A stretch of DNA of 32,000 nucleotides, taken from Trichodesmium erythraeum IMS101. Lineage in GTDB: Bacteria; Cyanobacteriota; Cyanobacteriia; Cyanobacteriales; Microcoleaceae. The notes under the pieces were generated by a model that worked only from the letters and a program-made list of their open reading frames with translations, did not search any database and was not told the origin of the DNA. The stretch spans positions 7,590,001-7,622,000 of the forward strand of contig NC_008312.1 in NCBI RefSeq assembly GCF_000014265.1. Direction: 5' to 3'. A program made the translations under genes and the position numbers. Within the stretch, counting starts at the first letter, position 1. Every line of letters starts with the position of its first letter. Of this stretch, positions 7,822 to 17,097 are shown one piece after another.

Positions 7822-8313
7822 ATGCCAGCACCCAACCACCTTAGTCAAAAACAACGTCAAAATTTACTGAAAATTTTTAGAGAAAGTGAAAGTCCTTTAA
7901 TTAGGAACAGAGTAATGATTTTGTTATTGATGAATGACGGAAAGACTTATGAAGAAATCAGTGATTTTTTACAAATATCTTATCCTACAGTAGCATATTG
8001 GGCTATGCAAGCAGACCCAGATCAACCGGAAAGTTTTACAGATGGAAGGTCCAAAGGAAATTATAGAAAAGCTACAGAACAATATATCAATTTGCTATTA
8101 AAAATAGTTGATAATAAACCATCGAAATACGGGTATCAATTTGGTAGTTGGACAGCAGAAAAATTAGTAAATCACCTGGAAAAAGAAACTGGCATTAAGT
8201 TGAGTAGTTCTCAAGTAAGGAGGATTTTAAAACAAAAAAAAGCAGATTTATTATCTGAGCAAAACAAAGCCAAGAATAGCGACAAAAATCAAAAAGAAAA
8301 AAAAATGACTTGA
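7822..8313 (+). CDS. IS630-family-like transposase N-terminal HTH/winged-helix fragment (no DDE domain)
   Basis: 163-aa ORF with the typical two-HTH N-terminus: RNRVMILLLMNDGKTYEEISDFLQISYPTVAYW and FGSWTAEKLVNHLEKETGIKLSSSQVRRILKQKK. A low-complexity K-rich tail follows. An A8 run lies at 8234-8241, where similarity ends. No catalytic domain follows in any frame. Confidence 0.55.
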   Translation: MPAPNHLSQKQRQNLLKIFRESESPLIRNRVMILLLMNDGKTYEEISDFLQISYPTVAYWAMQADPDQPESFTDGRSKGNYRKATEQYINLLLKIVDNKPSKYGYQFGSWTAEKLVNHLEKETGIKLSSSQVRRILKQKKADLLSEQNKAKNSDKNQKEKKMT

Positions 8314-8421
8314 GTTTTAATAAGAAAAAGCATTCCTTTTATTTTAATTGTTTGACCAGAGATTTTTTTTAGTCATTCCAACTTAATTATCCAAGATTTT
8401 TATATTACTCTTGAGCACTAA

Positions 8422-8534
8422 TATAGCAGTAAGCTCTGGCATATTTACAGTCCCAACCCTCTAAAGACAGTCCAAAGCCTCTAAAGTAAGTCCTTATAAC
8501 AAAAATTGTAAATACACCAGCGCACTTTGCTATA
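8422..8534. mobile_element. ~113-bp hairpin-forming MITE-like element, copy A
   Basis: tatagcagtaagctctggcatatttacag...ttgtaaatacaccagcgcactttgctata has imperfect ~29-nt inverted arms with termini TATAGCA/TGCTATA. It contains an internal direct duplication (ccctctaaagacagtcc / gcctctaaagtaagtcc). A second, clearly homologous copy lies at 16603-16714. Confidence 0.6.
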
Positions 8535-8975
8535 TCATCTATCCTTGCTATTTACAGTAGATGAGCTATTAAATGACGTACAGGATAAATAATAAAAACA
8601 TTGTAGTGAAAATTTTGCCCCTGGTTATTGTACCTAACCGGCAGCAACAAACCCCTGTATTTTTAAGGGGCAATAATATATTTTTCCTCAGTTATCTAGT
8701 CATTCCATTAATCTTTGTGTTACAAACTAACTATTTATTAACATAATTTTAAATGATAACTTCTACATTTATTTAAATATATTCATGTTTAAACGAGGAA
8801 AATAAACTATATTTAGTATTTGAGTTTAGGTTATAAATTTTGTGTTTTAGGGGATCTAGAGAACTTAGTAAAGAGCAGCAATATCGAGATAGTCTTAAGG
8901 GTTAAGACTATATAAACACCCTTGGGTAATTTCTGTCATTATATTGTGAACTACCCAACCTTAAAGGTACAGTAA

Positions 8976-10523
8976 CTAATTACCTGGAGTTGATATTACT
9001 AATCTTTCCAACATTTCTCTGTGCTTCGATACAGGAGCAAGAGTATTTGCTGCTATCATCCCACTTACTGCCACTGCAGGTAAACCAATACCAGGAAAAG
9101 TAGAGTCACCACAACATAATAACCCCGGTAATGCTATAGGTCCAGGGAATAACCCCTCCCCAGCACGAATTGCCGGACCATAAGACCCCCGATGACGACG
9201 AAGAAAACGTTCGTGAGTTATGGGAGTTCCTACTAATTTAACTTCACAACGGGAACGAATATCAGGTATTATTCTCTCTAACCCTCGCCACATTACCTCA
9301 GCTCTTTCCTGCTTTTGTTGTGCATATTCTTGACTCTTTCTATCCATACCCTGCCATAGTTGATATGGTTCATTTCCTGGAGTATAAACATGAATAACGT
9401 GCTTTTTTGGGGGTGCAAGAGTAGAGTCTATTAAGGATGGAATAGATACTAATACAACATTTTGGGGCGCATCTATTTGATCCCAATGATTGACAATAAT
9501 ATGATGACAGGATAGATCTGGTTTGATATCTGTAGCATCAATACCTAAATGTAAGTGCATAAAACTATTACATTCTGGTGTTGCTTGTCGTTCTTCCCGC
9601 CAAGATGTTGAAACAGCATCCTCTGAAAGTAATTTCAAAGTATCCCAGACAGAAGCATTTGAAACTACTGCTTGCTTTGCCCGAATTTCCTCTCCATTCT
9701 GCAACAATACCCCAACAGCACGCCCACCTCTAATTACTATCTCTTCCACATGAGCATTTAACATTAGTTGACCGCCATGACGTTTTAACCCCCTCACTAA
9801 AGCATCAACTATTGCTCCACTACCACCTATAGGATAGTCAAGTACAACTCCCGGTCGATACCATTCAGCAAACATAAATGCAACTTCAGCAGCACTGGTA
9901 CCATTTGCTGGCAAGCCTGAAAGTAGGAAGCAAAGCAAATCAAACCAATTTCGGATAAAAGGGTCTGTGACAACCTCTTCAAGAATTTCGGAAAACGCTC
10001 CCGTTAACTTAGCAATGTTAAAAGTGTGCTTTGCCATAGTAGGTAGAAATTGCCCCATTGTCATTATTGCTCCTAGGTCAAAACGGACAGAAGCAGGAGG
10101 AAGAGCGATCGCTGCTTCTGCTAGTGGAGCCATAATTTTTTGTAGTTTACGCCACTCTGCTACAGCACCTTCACCTCTCAGCTTTTGGAGAACATCACAA
10201 AATTGGTCTGCACCCACTGATGTATTAAAGTTACCTTCTGGTAAACAACAACCCCAAGTCTTATAAGTTACACAGGGTACTGACTCACCGATAGCATCCA
10301 AAACTTGTGCTAGTGGGTTAGTAGAAGGGCGATAGGAAAGACCAGAATGTAAAGATGGTCCTGAGTCAAATTTAAATCCCTGACGCTCAAAACTATGAGC
10401 AGCACCTCCAGCAATAGAATGACTTTCGCAAACTACGACATCAAAACCATAGTGCGCTAGTAAAGCAGCACAGCTTAAACCACCAATTCCACTACCAATT
10501 ACAATTACATCTGTTTGAGACAT
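8976..10523 (-). CDS. phytoene-desaturase-family NAD(P)/FAD-dependent oxidoreductase (carotenoid-isomerase-like)
   Basis: 515-aa ORF. N-terminal dinucleotide-binding motif DVIVIGSGIGGLSCAALLAHYGFDVVVCESHSIAGGAAHSF. The length and the C-terminal GDSTFPGIGLPAVAVSG motif are typical of the CrtI/CrtISO superfamily. Exact substrate is unknown. Confidence 0.8.
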   Translation of the reverse strand: MSQTDVIVIGSGIGGLSCAALLAHYGFDVVVCESHSIAGGAAHSFERQGFKFDSGPSLHSGLSYRPSTNPLAQVLDAIGESVPCVTYKTWGCCLPEGNFNTSVGADQFCDVLQKLRGEGAVAEWRKLQKIMAPLAEAAIALPPASVRFDLGAIMTMGQFLPTMAKHTFNIAKLTGAFSEILEEVVTDPFIRNWFDLLCFLLSGLPANGTSAAEVAFMFAEWYRPGVVLDYPIGGSGAIVDALVRGLKRHGGQLMLNAHVEEIVIRGGRAVGVLLQNGEEIRAKQAVVSNASVWDTLKLLSEDAVSTSWREERQATPECNSFMHLHLGIDATDIKPDLSCHHIIVNHWDQIDAPQNVVLVSIPSLIDSTLAPPKKHVIHVYTPGNEPYQLWQGMDRKSQEYAQQKQERAEVMWRGLERIIPDIRSRCEVKLVGTPITHERFLRRHRGSYGPAIRAGEGLFPGPIALPGLLCCGDSTFPGIGLPAVAVSGMIAANTLAPVSKHREMLERLVISTPGN

Positions 10524-10849
10524 TTTATTTGGTTAATTATTTTATTTGGTTAATTATTTAATTTAGCGTTTTATTGATCAGGATAACAGCAAAAGTCTAA
10601 AATTTGTAGAAAATGTGCTAAACCTTAGTCCAATAATATAGACGGGTGGGTTAGTAATCTTGGATAGTTAACTTTCTACAGTTGAAAACTAGTATTTTTG
10701 TACACAGTATGGTAGAGTAGTAATAAAAATAACACTCCACCTCAAGTGTCAGAATTAATCCAACAGTGGAAAAGGTTGTATTCAAAATCTCTATCCATGA
10801 GCACTGATGTTTTTCAATTTTGATGACAGAATGTTCCACCAACAGCATT

Positions 10850-12076
10850 TTAAAATAAAGGTAAAGGTTGATTGAAATCATAACCAGGAAACACCCGTGC
10901 TATTTGCGATTTACTGAAACCAAAGTGCTGTTGAAAAATACTAGCGATCGGATTTCGGAAATCTGTCGTTACAGTTAAATCACGTTTTTGGAATAATTCT
11001 GATTCATCTAAACCAGGCCATTCTCCATAAACCTGACCCCCACGCAAGCCACCACCTAAGATCCACATCACATTACCATGACCATGATCGGTGCCACCAT
11101 TACCATTTTCTTTAACTGTGCGACCAAACTCTGATATTACTAAAATCACGGTATTTGAGTAAAGTGAACCCAATTCCTGAACTAGAGTAGCTAAACCTTC
11201 CCCAAGAGGTTTTAATCGTCTTGCTAACACACCTTGACTGTTGCCTTGGTTAACGTGAGTATCCCAACTACCCAGAGCCAAAAACCCTAATTGCGTTCTG
11301 GAATCACCAACCATAATTTGAGCCAAATTTTTAGCATCACTTGCAAAGCCTGTTGGCGGTGGTGCGCCACCCGAAGATTCTACCATTTCTTTCTCCAAGT
11401 CAGCTAATAATAAGTCCCTTGCTTGACGACCTTCTTGGTAAACTATACTCAGTTCATCATTGCCGTTATAAAGGCGATCGAATGCTGCATAAACTTTGGG
11501 GCGATCTATTGGCAAACTGCGGGTAGACTTTTTACCTGTGGGGAGACTGGCAACTGGCATTTCACCCATGAGAATGCGAGGTGGTGTATTGCCTAAGTTT
11601 ACTGCTTGAGTAGGTCTATCTTTTGGGATGTTTGCTAACAGACGATTCATCCATCCATCAAGTATTTTTTTGTTACCTGGTATGCCTGTTTCCATATAAT
11701 ATTGAGCATCAAAATGAGAGCGAGTATCGTTGTTTAAACCACAAGCGTGAATAAAAGCTAAACTACGATTTTGCCAGAAAGGCATGATGCTTCCTAAAGC
11801 TGGATGTAAACCAAATTGACCGTCTAAATTTATTGCTCCATTTTCTTCTCCTGGGGCGGGAATGGCTATTTTGGGTCGCACATCATAATAAGCGTCTTCT
11901 TGATAGGGAATAACTACATTTAACCCATCGACTCCTCCTCGGAGAAAAACAACTATTAATTTTTGACGATTATTGGTTTGAGCTAATCCTTTTGCCACCC
12001 AAGCATGACTACCAATAGAGATAATTCCTGAAGCAGATAATAAACTAGCTAATTGTAAAAATTTTCTTCTTTTCAT
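10850..12076 (-). CDS. DUF1501 family protein (sulfatase-like fold), Tat-type signal
   Basis: 408-aa ORF. N-terminus MKRRKFLQLASLLSASG carries a twin-arginine-type motif. LIVVFLRGGVDGLNVVIPY and SEFGRTVKENGNGGTDHGHGN are characteristic of DUF1501. It lies downstream of a DUF1800 gene, the usual pairing. Confidence 0.85.
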   Translation of the reverse strand: MKRRKFLQLASLLSASGIISIGSHAWVAKGLAQTNNRQKLIVVFLRGGVDGLNVVIPYQEDAYYDVRPKIAIPAPGEENGAINLDGQFGLHPALGSIMPFWQNRSLAFIHACGLNNDTRSHFDAQYYMETGIPGNKKILDGWMNRLLANIPKDRPTQAVNLGNTPPRILMGEMPVASLPTGKKSTRSLPIDRPKVYAAFDRLYNGNDELSIVYQEGRQARDLLLADLEKEMVESSGGAPPPTGFASDAKNLAQIMVGDSRTQLGFLALGSWDTHVNQGNSQGVLARRLKPLGEGLATLVQELGSLYSNTVILVISEFGRTVKENGNGGTDHGHGNVMWILGGGLRGGQVYGEWPGLDESELFQKRDLTVTTDFRNPIASIFQQHFGFSKSQIARVFPGYDFNQPLPLF

Positions 12077-12383
12077 ACTTCCTCCAAAATATTAAATATT
12101 GTCAAGTTTATTTTCAAATTTTAGGTATTTTTTGCTTCTAAAAATAGCGGTATCTATAGTTAATTTTTAATTTTTAATATCATCACAACTGGAAGATAAT
12201 TCTCCTTGTAATTAAAAGTTGAATCTTGAGCTAAAAATCAGGTCTCAAGCCTCCCATTTCAAGAGGATAAAAAAATTAACTTCACTATTTCAAGCTATAT
12301 CTTCAGTCATAGGTATTGATAACTAATAACTGATAACTAAAATGACAGATTAATCAGTAGAAAAATTGACCATAACTTTTAAT

Positions 12384-13871
12384 TTATTTTTTCATCATTT
12401 CTGGACTACCTAAAATTAATGCTGCCTGTAAATTATCTGGACTATTGTTAATAACGGCTTGAGTTTGGGTAGAAAATCTATTTCCTAAAGTTGCCCTAAG
12501 TTGCTGATAATTTACCAGTTTAGGCTTTCCTTGATTCAACTGACCACGGGATATAATTGTAGCAAAACTAATCCGACGCATTATAGCATCAGGATTTAAC
12601 CATGCTTCTTGAGTGTTTTTATAGCCGTCAGGAGTCTTACAGCCATAAAGGTTCATTCCTAATTGACCTAAAATTCTTTTAATTCTGCCGAATCTTGGGT
12701 TTTCGGTACCCGTTGATCTAGCAGCAGAAATAATATATTGATAAGGGTTTTTAAACTTACTATCATAATATTTTTCATTCCAAAACTCAGAACTATTAAA
12801 TAAGGTTTCTAATACATAACGAATATTGCCATTAGTTTCTTGAAATCTTTGATCTAGTTTATTAACTAAGCTACTGGGAGGTACATCGGCAACAAAATAT
12901 TGAGCTAATTTATAACTAATAAAATGGGCAGTAGATGGATGTTTTGCTAAAATATCTAAAGCCTTTTCTCCCTCTTCTACTCCACCACCTTTAATGGGTA
13001 CTCCTAGGAATATTTTGTCACTATTATCATGGCGATTTTGATAAAACTTAAACCCACTACCATCTTCACTAAGGTACTTTATTCCCCAACCTGTAAAAAT
13101 TCTTGCTAAAGTTATTATCTCTTGTTGTGTATAACCTCCATTAATTCCCATACTATGAAGCTCCATAAGCTCACGGGCATAGTTTTCATTTAAGCCTTTA
13201 AATTTGCCACGGGCACCTTTACTACCAGGGGCAGTATTTAGCCAATTATCTAAATAAAATAGCATTGCTGGATGATGGGCTGTTGCTCCTAATAAATTAC
13301 GAAAATTACCAAGTGCATAAGGTCGAATAGCGTCTCTTTCGTAAGTCCCTACCCAGAGGCGAGTTAAGTAACCTTTACCTACAGAAATATTGAAGTGGTT
13401 AAACCAAAAATCTACCATTACTTCTTGTAGTTGTTTGTTGCTCAATATTCCTTGAAGTAAACGTGCATTTTCTGATTCCCGTAAAATTTTTCTGATATTT
13501 TTATTTCTTATTTCTATTCGTTGTTTTTGAGTCAAATTTTTATCTCTTTTTTTAACTGGAGAGACAGTTTTTTGATATAATTCTGTTGGTGATAAGTAGA
13601 AATTGGTTAACTTAGCCATTTTTTGTGTAAGTTGAGGAGATTCTCTAATAGTTTCTGGTCTCAGTTGAGATTTAATATAATTATCAATTCCTATAGACTC
13701 AACTCGTTCTATATCTCCTGGCCTAGGGCCCAAAGTCAGACGATTTAAAACATGGATTGTTTTGGTAGTAATAGATTGACTATAGGCGTAGCTAGGACTT
13801 GATATACCTAGGCAGATAATTAAGCTTAATAGCAAAGATATAATCCAGTATCTAAAGGTTTTTGGTATCAA
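12384..13871 (-). CDS. DUF1800 family protein, signal peptide
   Basis: 495-aa ORF with a hydrophobic N-terminus (YWIISLLLSLIICLGISSPSYAYS). Motifs HVLNRLTLGPRPGD, MVDFWFNHFN and NENYARELMELHSMG are typical of DUF1800. It pairs with DUF1501 downstream on the same strand. Confidence 0.85.
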   Translation of the reverse strand: MIPKTFRYWIISLLLSLIICLGISSPSYAYSQSITTKTIHVLNRLTLGPRPGDIERVESIGIDNYIKSQLRPETIRESPQLTQKMAKLTNFYLSPTELYQKTVSPVKKRDKNLTQKQRIEIRNKNIRKILRESENARLLQGILSNKQLQEVMVDFWFNHFNISVGKGYLTRLWVGTYERDAIRPYALGNFRNLLGATAHHPAMLFYLDNWLNTAPGSKGARGKFKGLNENYARELMELHSMGINGGYTQQEIITLARIFTGWGIKYLSEDGSGFKFYQNRHDNSDKIFLGVPIKGGGVEEGEKALDILAKHPSTAHFISYKLAQYFVADVPPSSLVNKLDQRFQETNGNIRYVLETLFNSSEFWNEKYYDSKFKNPYQYIISAARSTGTENPRFGRIKRILGQLGMNLYGCKTPDGYKNTQEAWLNPDAIMRRISFATIISRGQLNQGKPKLVNYQQLRATLGNRFSTQTQAVINNSPDNLQAALILGSPEMMKK

Positions 13872-14595
13872 CTATTCCTCCTGAAATACTCTAATTTTTT
13901 TGACTTGTATTATTTAACTTTTATATATTTTATAGCAGTTTTAATTCTAATTTTTTTTGCTTTTAGTCAACATTATTTACAATACAGCATATTTAAAGGA
14001 TATAAATTACAAATATTAACAATAAAATGTTTGTTATGTCGGCTTTTTACCTGCGTATGTCTGCCTCACCAAGGTTGAATTTACTATATCATTCACAAAA
14101 CAATTAAGTAATACCAATTCACCTTAGGGATGTCAGAAATAGTTTCCAATTTCAAATGTAAAATAATAATTTGCTTAAGCTATTGTTTAATCAAAATTTT
14201 TAGTCAATTAAATTGAGCCTTGTAACTTATTTTTTTTTTAATTCTGACTTTAGTCAAACAGTATAAGTTGGCGTTAAAATCTGTCGCTATATAACAAAAT
14301 GTCAATACTACTCAAGTCAACTTTTTAAATAAGCTTGGACTTAGTATACAAATCTTAATATAGTTCAGTTTTTTCATACCTATCTAACTTATAACTCCAA
14401 TATTTTAATTTTACCACTACAATATTTATTACAGTATTTCTAAAAAAGTTTTGAGCCTATAAAATCTTAATGTATGGCTTTTGACTCTGCCCTTTGGTCG
14501 GAATAAAAATGTTAGTTGACTTGCATAAAATTATATAACTCATTTATTTGTGCCATAACCTATGTCTAGCTTTGCCTCAATCTAATAAACTCTAA

Positions 14596-16332
14596 TTAGG
14601 GAGCTTTCCAAATATTAATCTTCCGGTCCCAACCACCACTAACGATGATTTGCCCATTAGGACTAATTGCTACGACACTAATATAACTGTTGTGTCCCCT
14701 TAAACTTCCTTTTAATTTACCTGTACTCAGTTCCCAAAATTTGATTGTTTTATCCCAACTACCACTAATTAAAGTTTTTCCATCAGGAGTAATAACTATT
14801 GACCAAACTCCATCTAAATGTTCTTTTAAATTATGGATTAATTTACCTGTCTGTAAGTTCCAAATATTAATTGTGCCATTACTACTACTACTAGCTAAGA
14901 TTTGACTATCAGGACTAAAAACTACAGACAAAATTGAAACAGAATTAGTATTAATAGTACGAACAAGTTGTCCTGTCTGCAAATTCCACAATTTAATCTG
15001 ATTATCCTTGCTACCACTAGCTAAAAATTGCCCATCTGGACTAATGGCGATCCCATTGACTATCTCAGAATGTCCGGCTATTGTTTGCAGCAACTCCCCG
15101 CTAGCCAAATTCCAAATTTTAATAGTCCCATCCCAACTCCCACTAGCAAAAATCTTACTATTGGGAGCGATCGCAACTCCATCTACCACATCAGTATGTC
15201 CTGTGAGAGTTTGCACCAAGCTAATATCATTGATATTTTTATTTTTAGGTAGTTTCCATATTTTAATAGTTTTGTCATCACTTCCACTAATAACAAATTG
15301 TTCATCAGGAGTTACTGCAACTGAGTTTACTGACTCTGGATGTGCTTTCCAGATAGCTATAATTTCTCTATTCTCGATATCCCAAACTGAAATCATACCA
15401 TTACTGCTTCCCATAACGATGTAAGCATTTAGAACAACTATTGAATTAACTATTCCACTAATTTCATCAGTAATTGCTTTTGCGAGAGTAAAGTCCAGGA
15501 CAGTTTCAGTATCGTCCTCTCTGGTAGCAGTATTTGTAGCAACAGGATTTGTTGTTTCTGTTGGACTTGCTGGAGCTTGGATATTTTCAGGTATTTGAGA
15601 AACAATGGGCAATGAAACTCCTTGTCGCCAGTCCCAAAAAGTATTAATTTCAATCCCTCCTGAGACAATGACATCAGAGTTTTCTTGCAATTTGACAATA
15701 CCATTAATAGCTACTAAGCGACCTTCTTCATTAAGTACAGGTCCACCACTCATCCCCGCTCTGACTAAATTATCATATAGTAAACTATAACCAGCAACAG
15801 GTTGCTGACGACCTTTCACCACTCCTGGGGTGCTCAGAAAAATTCGTTGCTTGAGATTGCTACCAGAACGAGGCCATCCCCCCACAAATACCTTAGTTCC
15901 AGAAACTAATTTAGTGGAGTCTCCTGTTTCGGCAATGGGGTAGTTTTGAGAACTGCTAAATGGTATGATGGCTAAGTCTATATTTGGCAATTGCTTGATT
16001 AAGGTATAGTAAACAGGGTGCATTTTTCCATCAGGTGTACGTACTTGGTAATCTCCTACTGTATTAACAACGTGCCAGTTGGTGAGTACATAATATGTGT
16101 CTCCTTGTTTTTCAACAATTACTCCTGAGCCACTTCTGTTTCTTCCGTCAATTCTAACTGTAATTTCGGCTGCAATTTTATTAATTTCTGATGCTGTTGA
16201 TCCCAGAGCAATTTTTTGTGTTATTAGTGAATTAGTGATGGTAATAGCAACAATAAAATTCCTGATATTGGTTGTGTTTATATTGAGTAAGTTGCTAATA
16301 ATAATTATGACAATTGTTTTCTTTAAATTCAT
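14596..16332 (-). CDS. membrane-anchored or exported trypsin-like serine protease fused to a 7-bladed WD40 propeller
   Basis: 578-aa ORF. Hydrophobic N-terminus (TIVIIIISNLL, FIVAITITNSLI). S1 triad motifs VLTNWHVV, NIDLAII, AGMSGGPVL. P/T-rich linker (QAPASPTETTNPVATNTA). Seven WD repeats end in VWDI, IWKL, IWNL, LWNL, IWNL, FWEL, IWKA. Confidence 0.9.
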   Translation of the reverse strand: MNLKKTIVIIIISNLLNINTTNIRNFIVAITITNSLITQKIALGSTASEINKIAAEITVRIDGRNRSGSGVIVEKQGDTYYVLTNWHVVNTVGDYQVRTPDGKMHPVYYTLIKQLPNIDLAIIPFSSSQNYPIAETGDSTKLVSGTKVFVGGWPRSGSNLKQRIFLSTPGVVKGRQQPVAGYSLLYDNLVRAGMSGGPVLNEEGRLVAINGIVKLQENSDVIVSGGIEINTFWDWRQGVSLPIVSQIPENIQAPASPTETTNPVATNTATREDDTETVLDFTLAKAITDEISGIVNSIVVLNAYIVMGSSNGMISVWDIENREIIAIWKAHPESVNSVAVTPDEQFVISGSDDKTIKIWKLPKNKNINDISLVQTLTGHTDVVDGVAIAPNSKIFASGSWDGTIKIWNLASGELLQTIAGHSEIVNGIAISPDGQFLASGSKDNQIKLWNLQTGQLVRTINTNSVSILSVVFSPDSQILASSSSNGTINIWNLQTGKLIHNLKEHLDGVWSIVITPDGKTLISGSWDKTIKFWELSTGKLKGSLRGHNSYISVVAISPNGQIIVSGGWDRKINIWKAP

Positions 16333-16602
16333 TTTTTTTTAGTCATACAGCAATCCTATTTTTACTTTTTCCAAAATCTTGGCGCTTTCGGGAAATAGGG
16401 GATAGGTTTGGAAGAAATTGGCAAAAGTTTTGCAGTTTATTTCTTTTTAAATTTTCACAATCATTTGATAGGATTGCTATGGGTAATTTTTTAAGCTAGA
16501 TGTTTAATCCTATATTTTCAAATCCAAAATATAGCTCAAATGCTATCTATACATAATTAATTCCTCCTCAAATATTCAGGATAAAGGATATGAGAACTAT
16601 TC

Positions 16603-16714
16603 TATCGCAGTGAGTCCTGGCATATTTACAGTTCAAACCCTCTAAAGATACTCCAAACCCTTTACAGTAAGTCTTTATTAAAAAGCTTTAAATATACCAG
16701 ATAACTTCGCTATA
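16603..16714. mobile_element. ~112-bp hairpin-forming MITE-like element, copy B
   Basis: tatcgcagtgagtcctggcatatttacagttcaaaccctctaaagatactccaaaccctttacagtaagtc...aaatataccagataacttcgctata aligns along its full length with 8422-8534. It lies in the divergent intergenic region between the trypsin-WD40 gene and the GGDEF/EAL gene. Confidence 0.6.
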
Positions 16715-17097
16715 AATTGTTTTAGGGAGTACATAAGGACTTTCTATACACAGTTCCTAGTTCGTAGCAGGGCAAGCTCATCTAAAATTTTATTGACAAA
16801 TCAATATTTTTGTCACCTGCTTGCAATACAAGCTTTTCAAGGAATTATAAATATCACAGAATTTTCATATTATCGGTTTTCGCGGTTTAACAATTGGAAT
16901 GTATTTTCGTCACTAAATTAATCCCAAAACCTTTCAGAGCAATAGGTTCAGAAAATATACTATTTGTTAATGATTGTTAAGATGAGCTGACCCTATAGCT
17001 CGTAGTAATTTGGGAAACAGGAAGTAAAAAAAACAAAAATTTTCTAATTGTAATATAATAGTATAAATAAAGTGCTAAATCTTATAAATTCTTAACA

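Noticed and set aside
8640-8910. Small hairpins (cccct-N9-agggg at about 8654-8672; agtcttaa-ggg-ttaagact at about 8892-8910) as possible terminators
   Set aside because: The stems are short or AT-rich and are not followed by a proper T-run on the relevant strand.
9523-10266. Plus-strand ORFs 9523-9753 and 9967-10266
   Set aside because: They lie antisense within the well-supported 515-aa oxidoreductase gene and have low-complexity S/A/R-rich translations.
10651-10881. 76-aa minus-strand ORF overlapping the 3' end of DUF1501; also 16314-16499 (+), 6476-6658 (-), 2349-2531 (-), 2565-2753 (-), 3178-3366 (-), 11341-11526 (+)
   Set aside because: They are short, overlap or lie antisense to strong genes or sit in AT-rich spacers, and have no recognisable domains.
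14690-16342. Plus-strand ORFs (14690, 15008, 15028, 15605, 16097), plus the minus-strand ORF 15450-15704 in another frame, all overlapping the trypsin-WD40 gene
   Set aside because: They are shadow ORFs of the WD40/protease coding region. The translations are repetitive L/P/S-rich mirror images of WD repeats.
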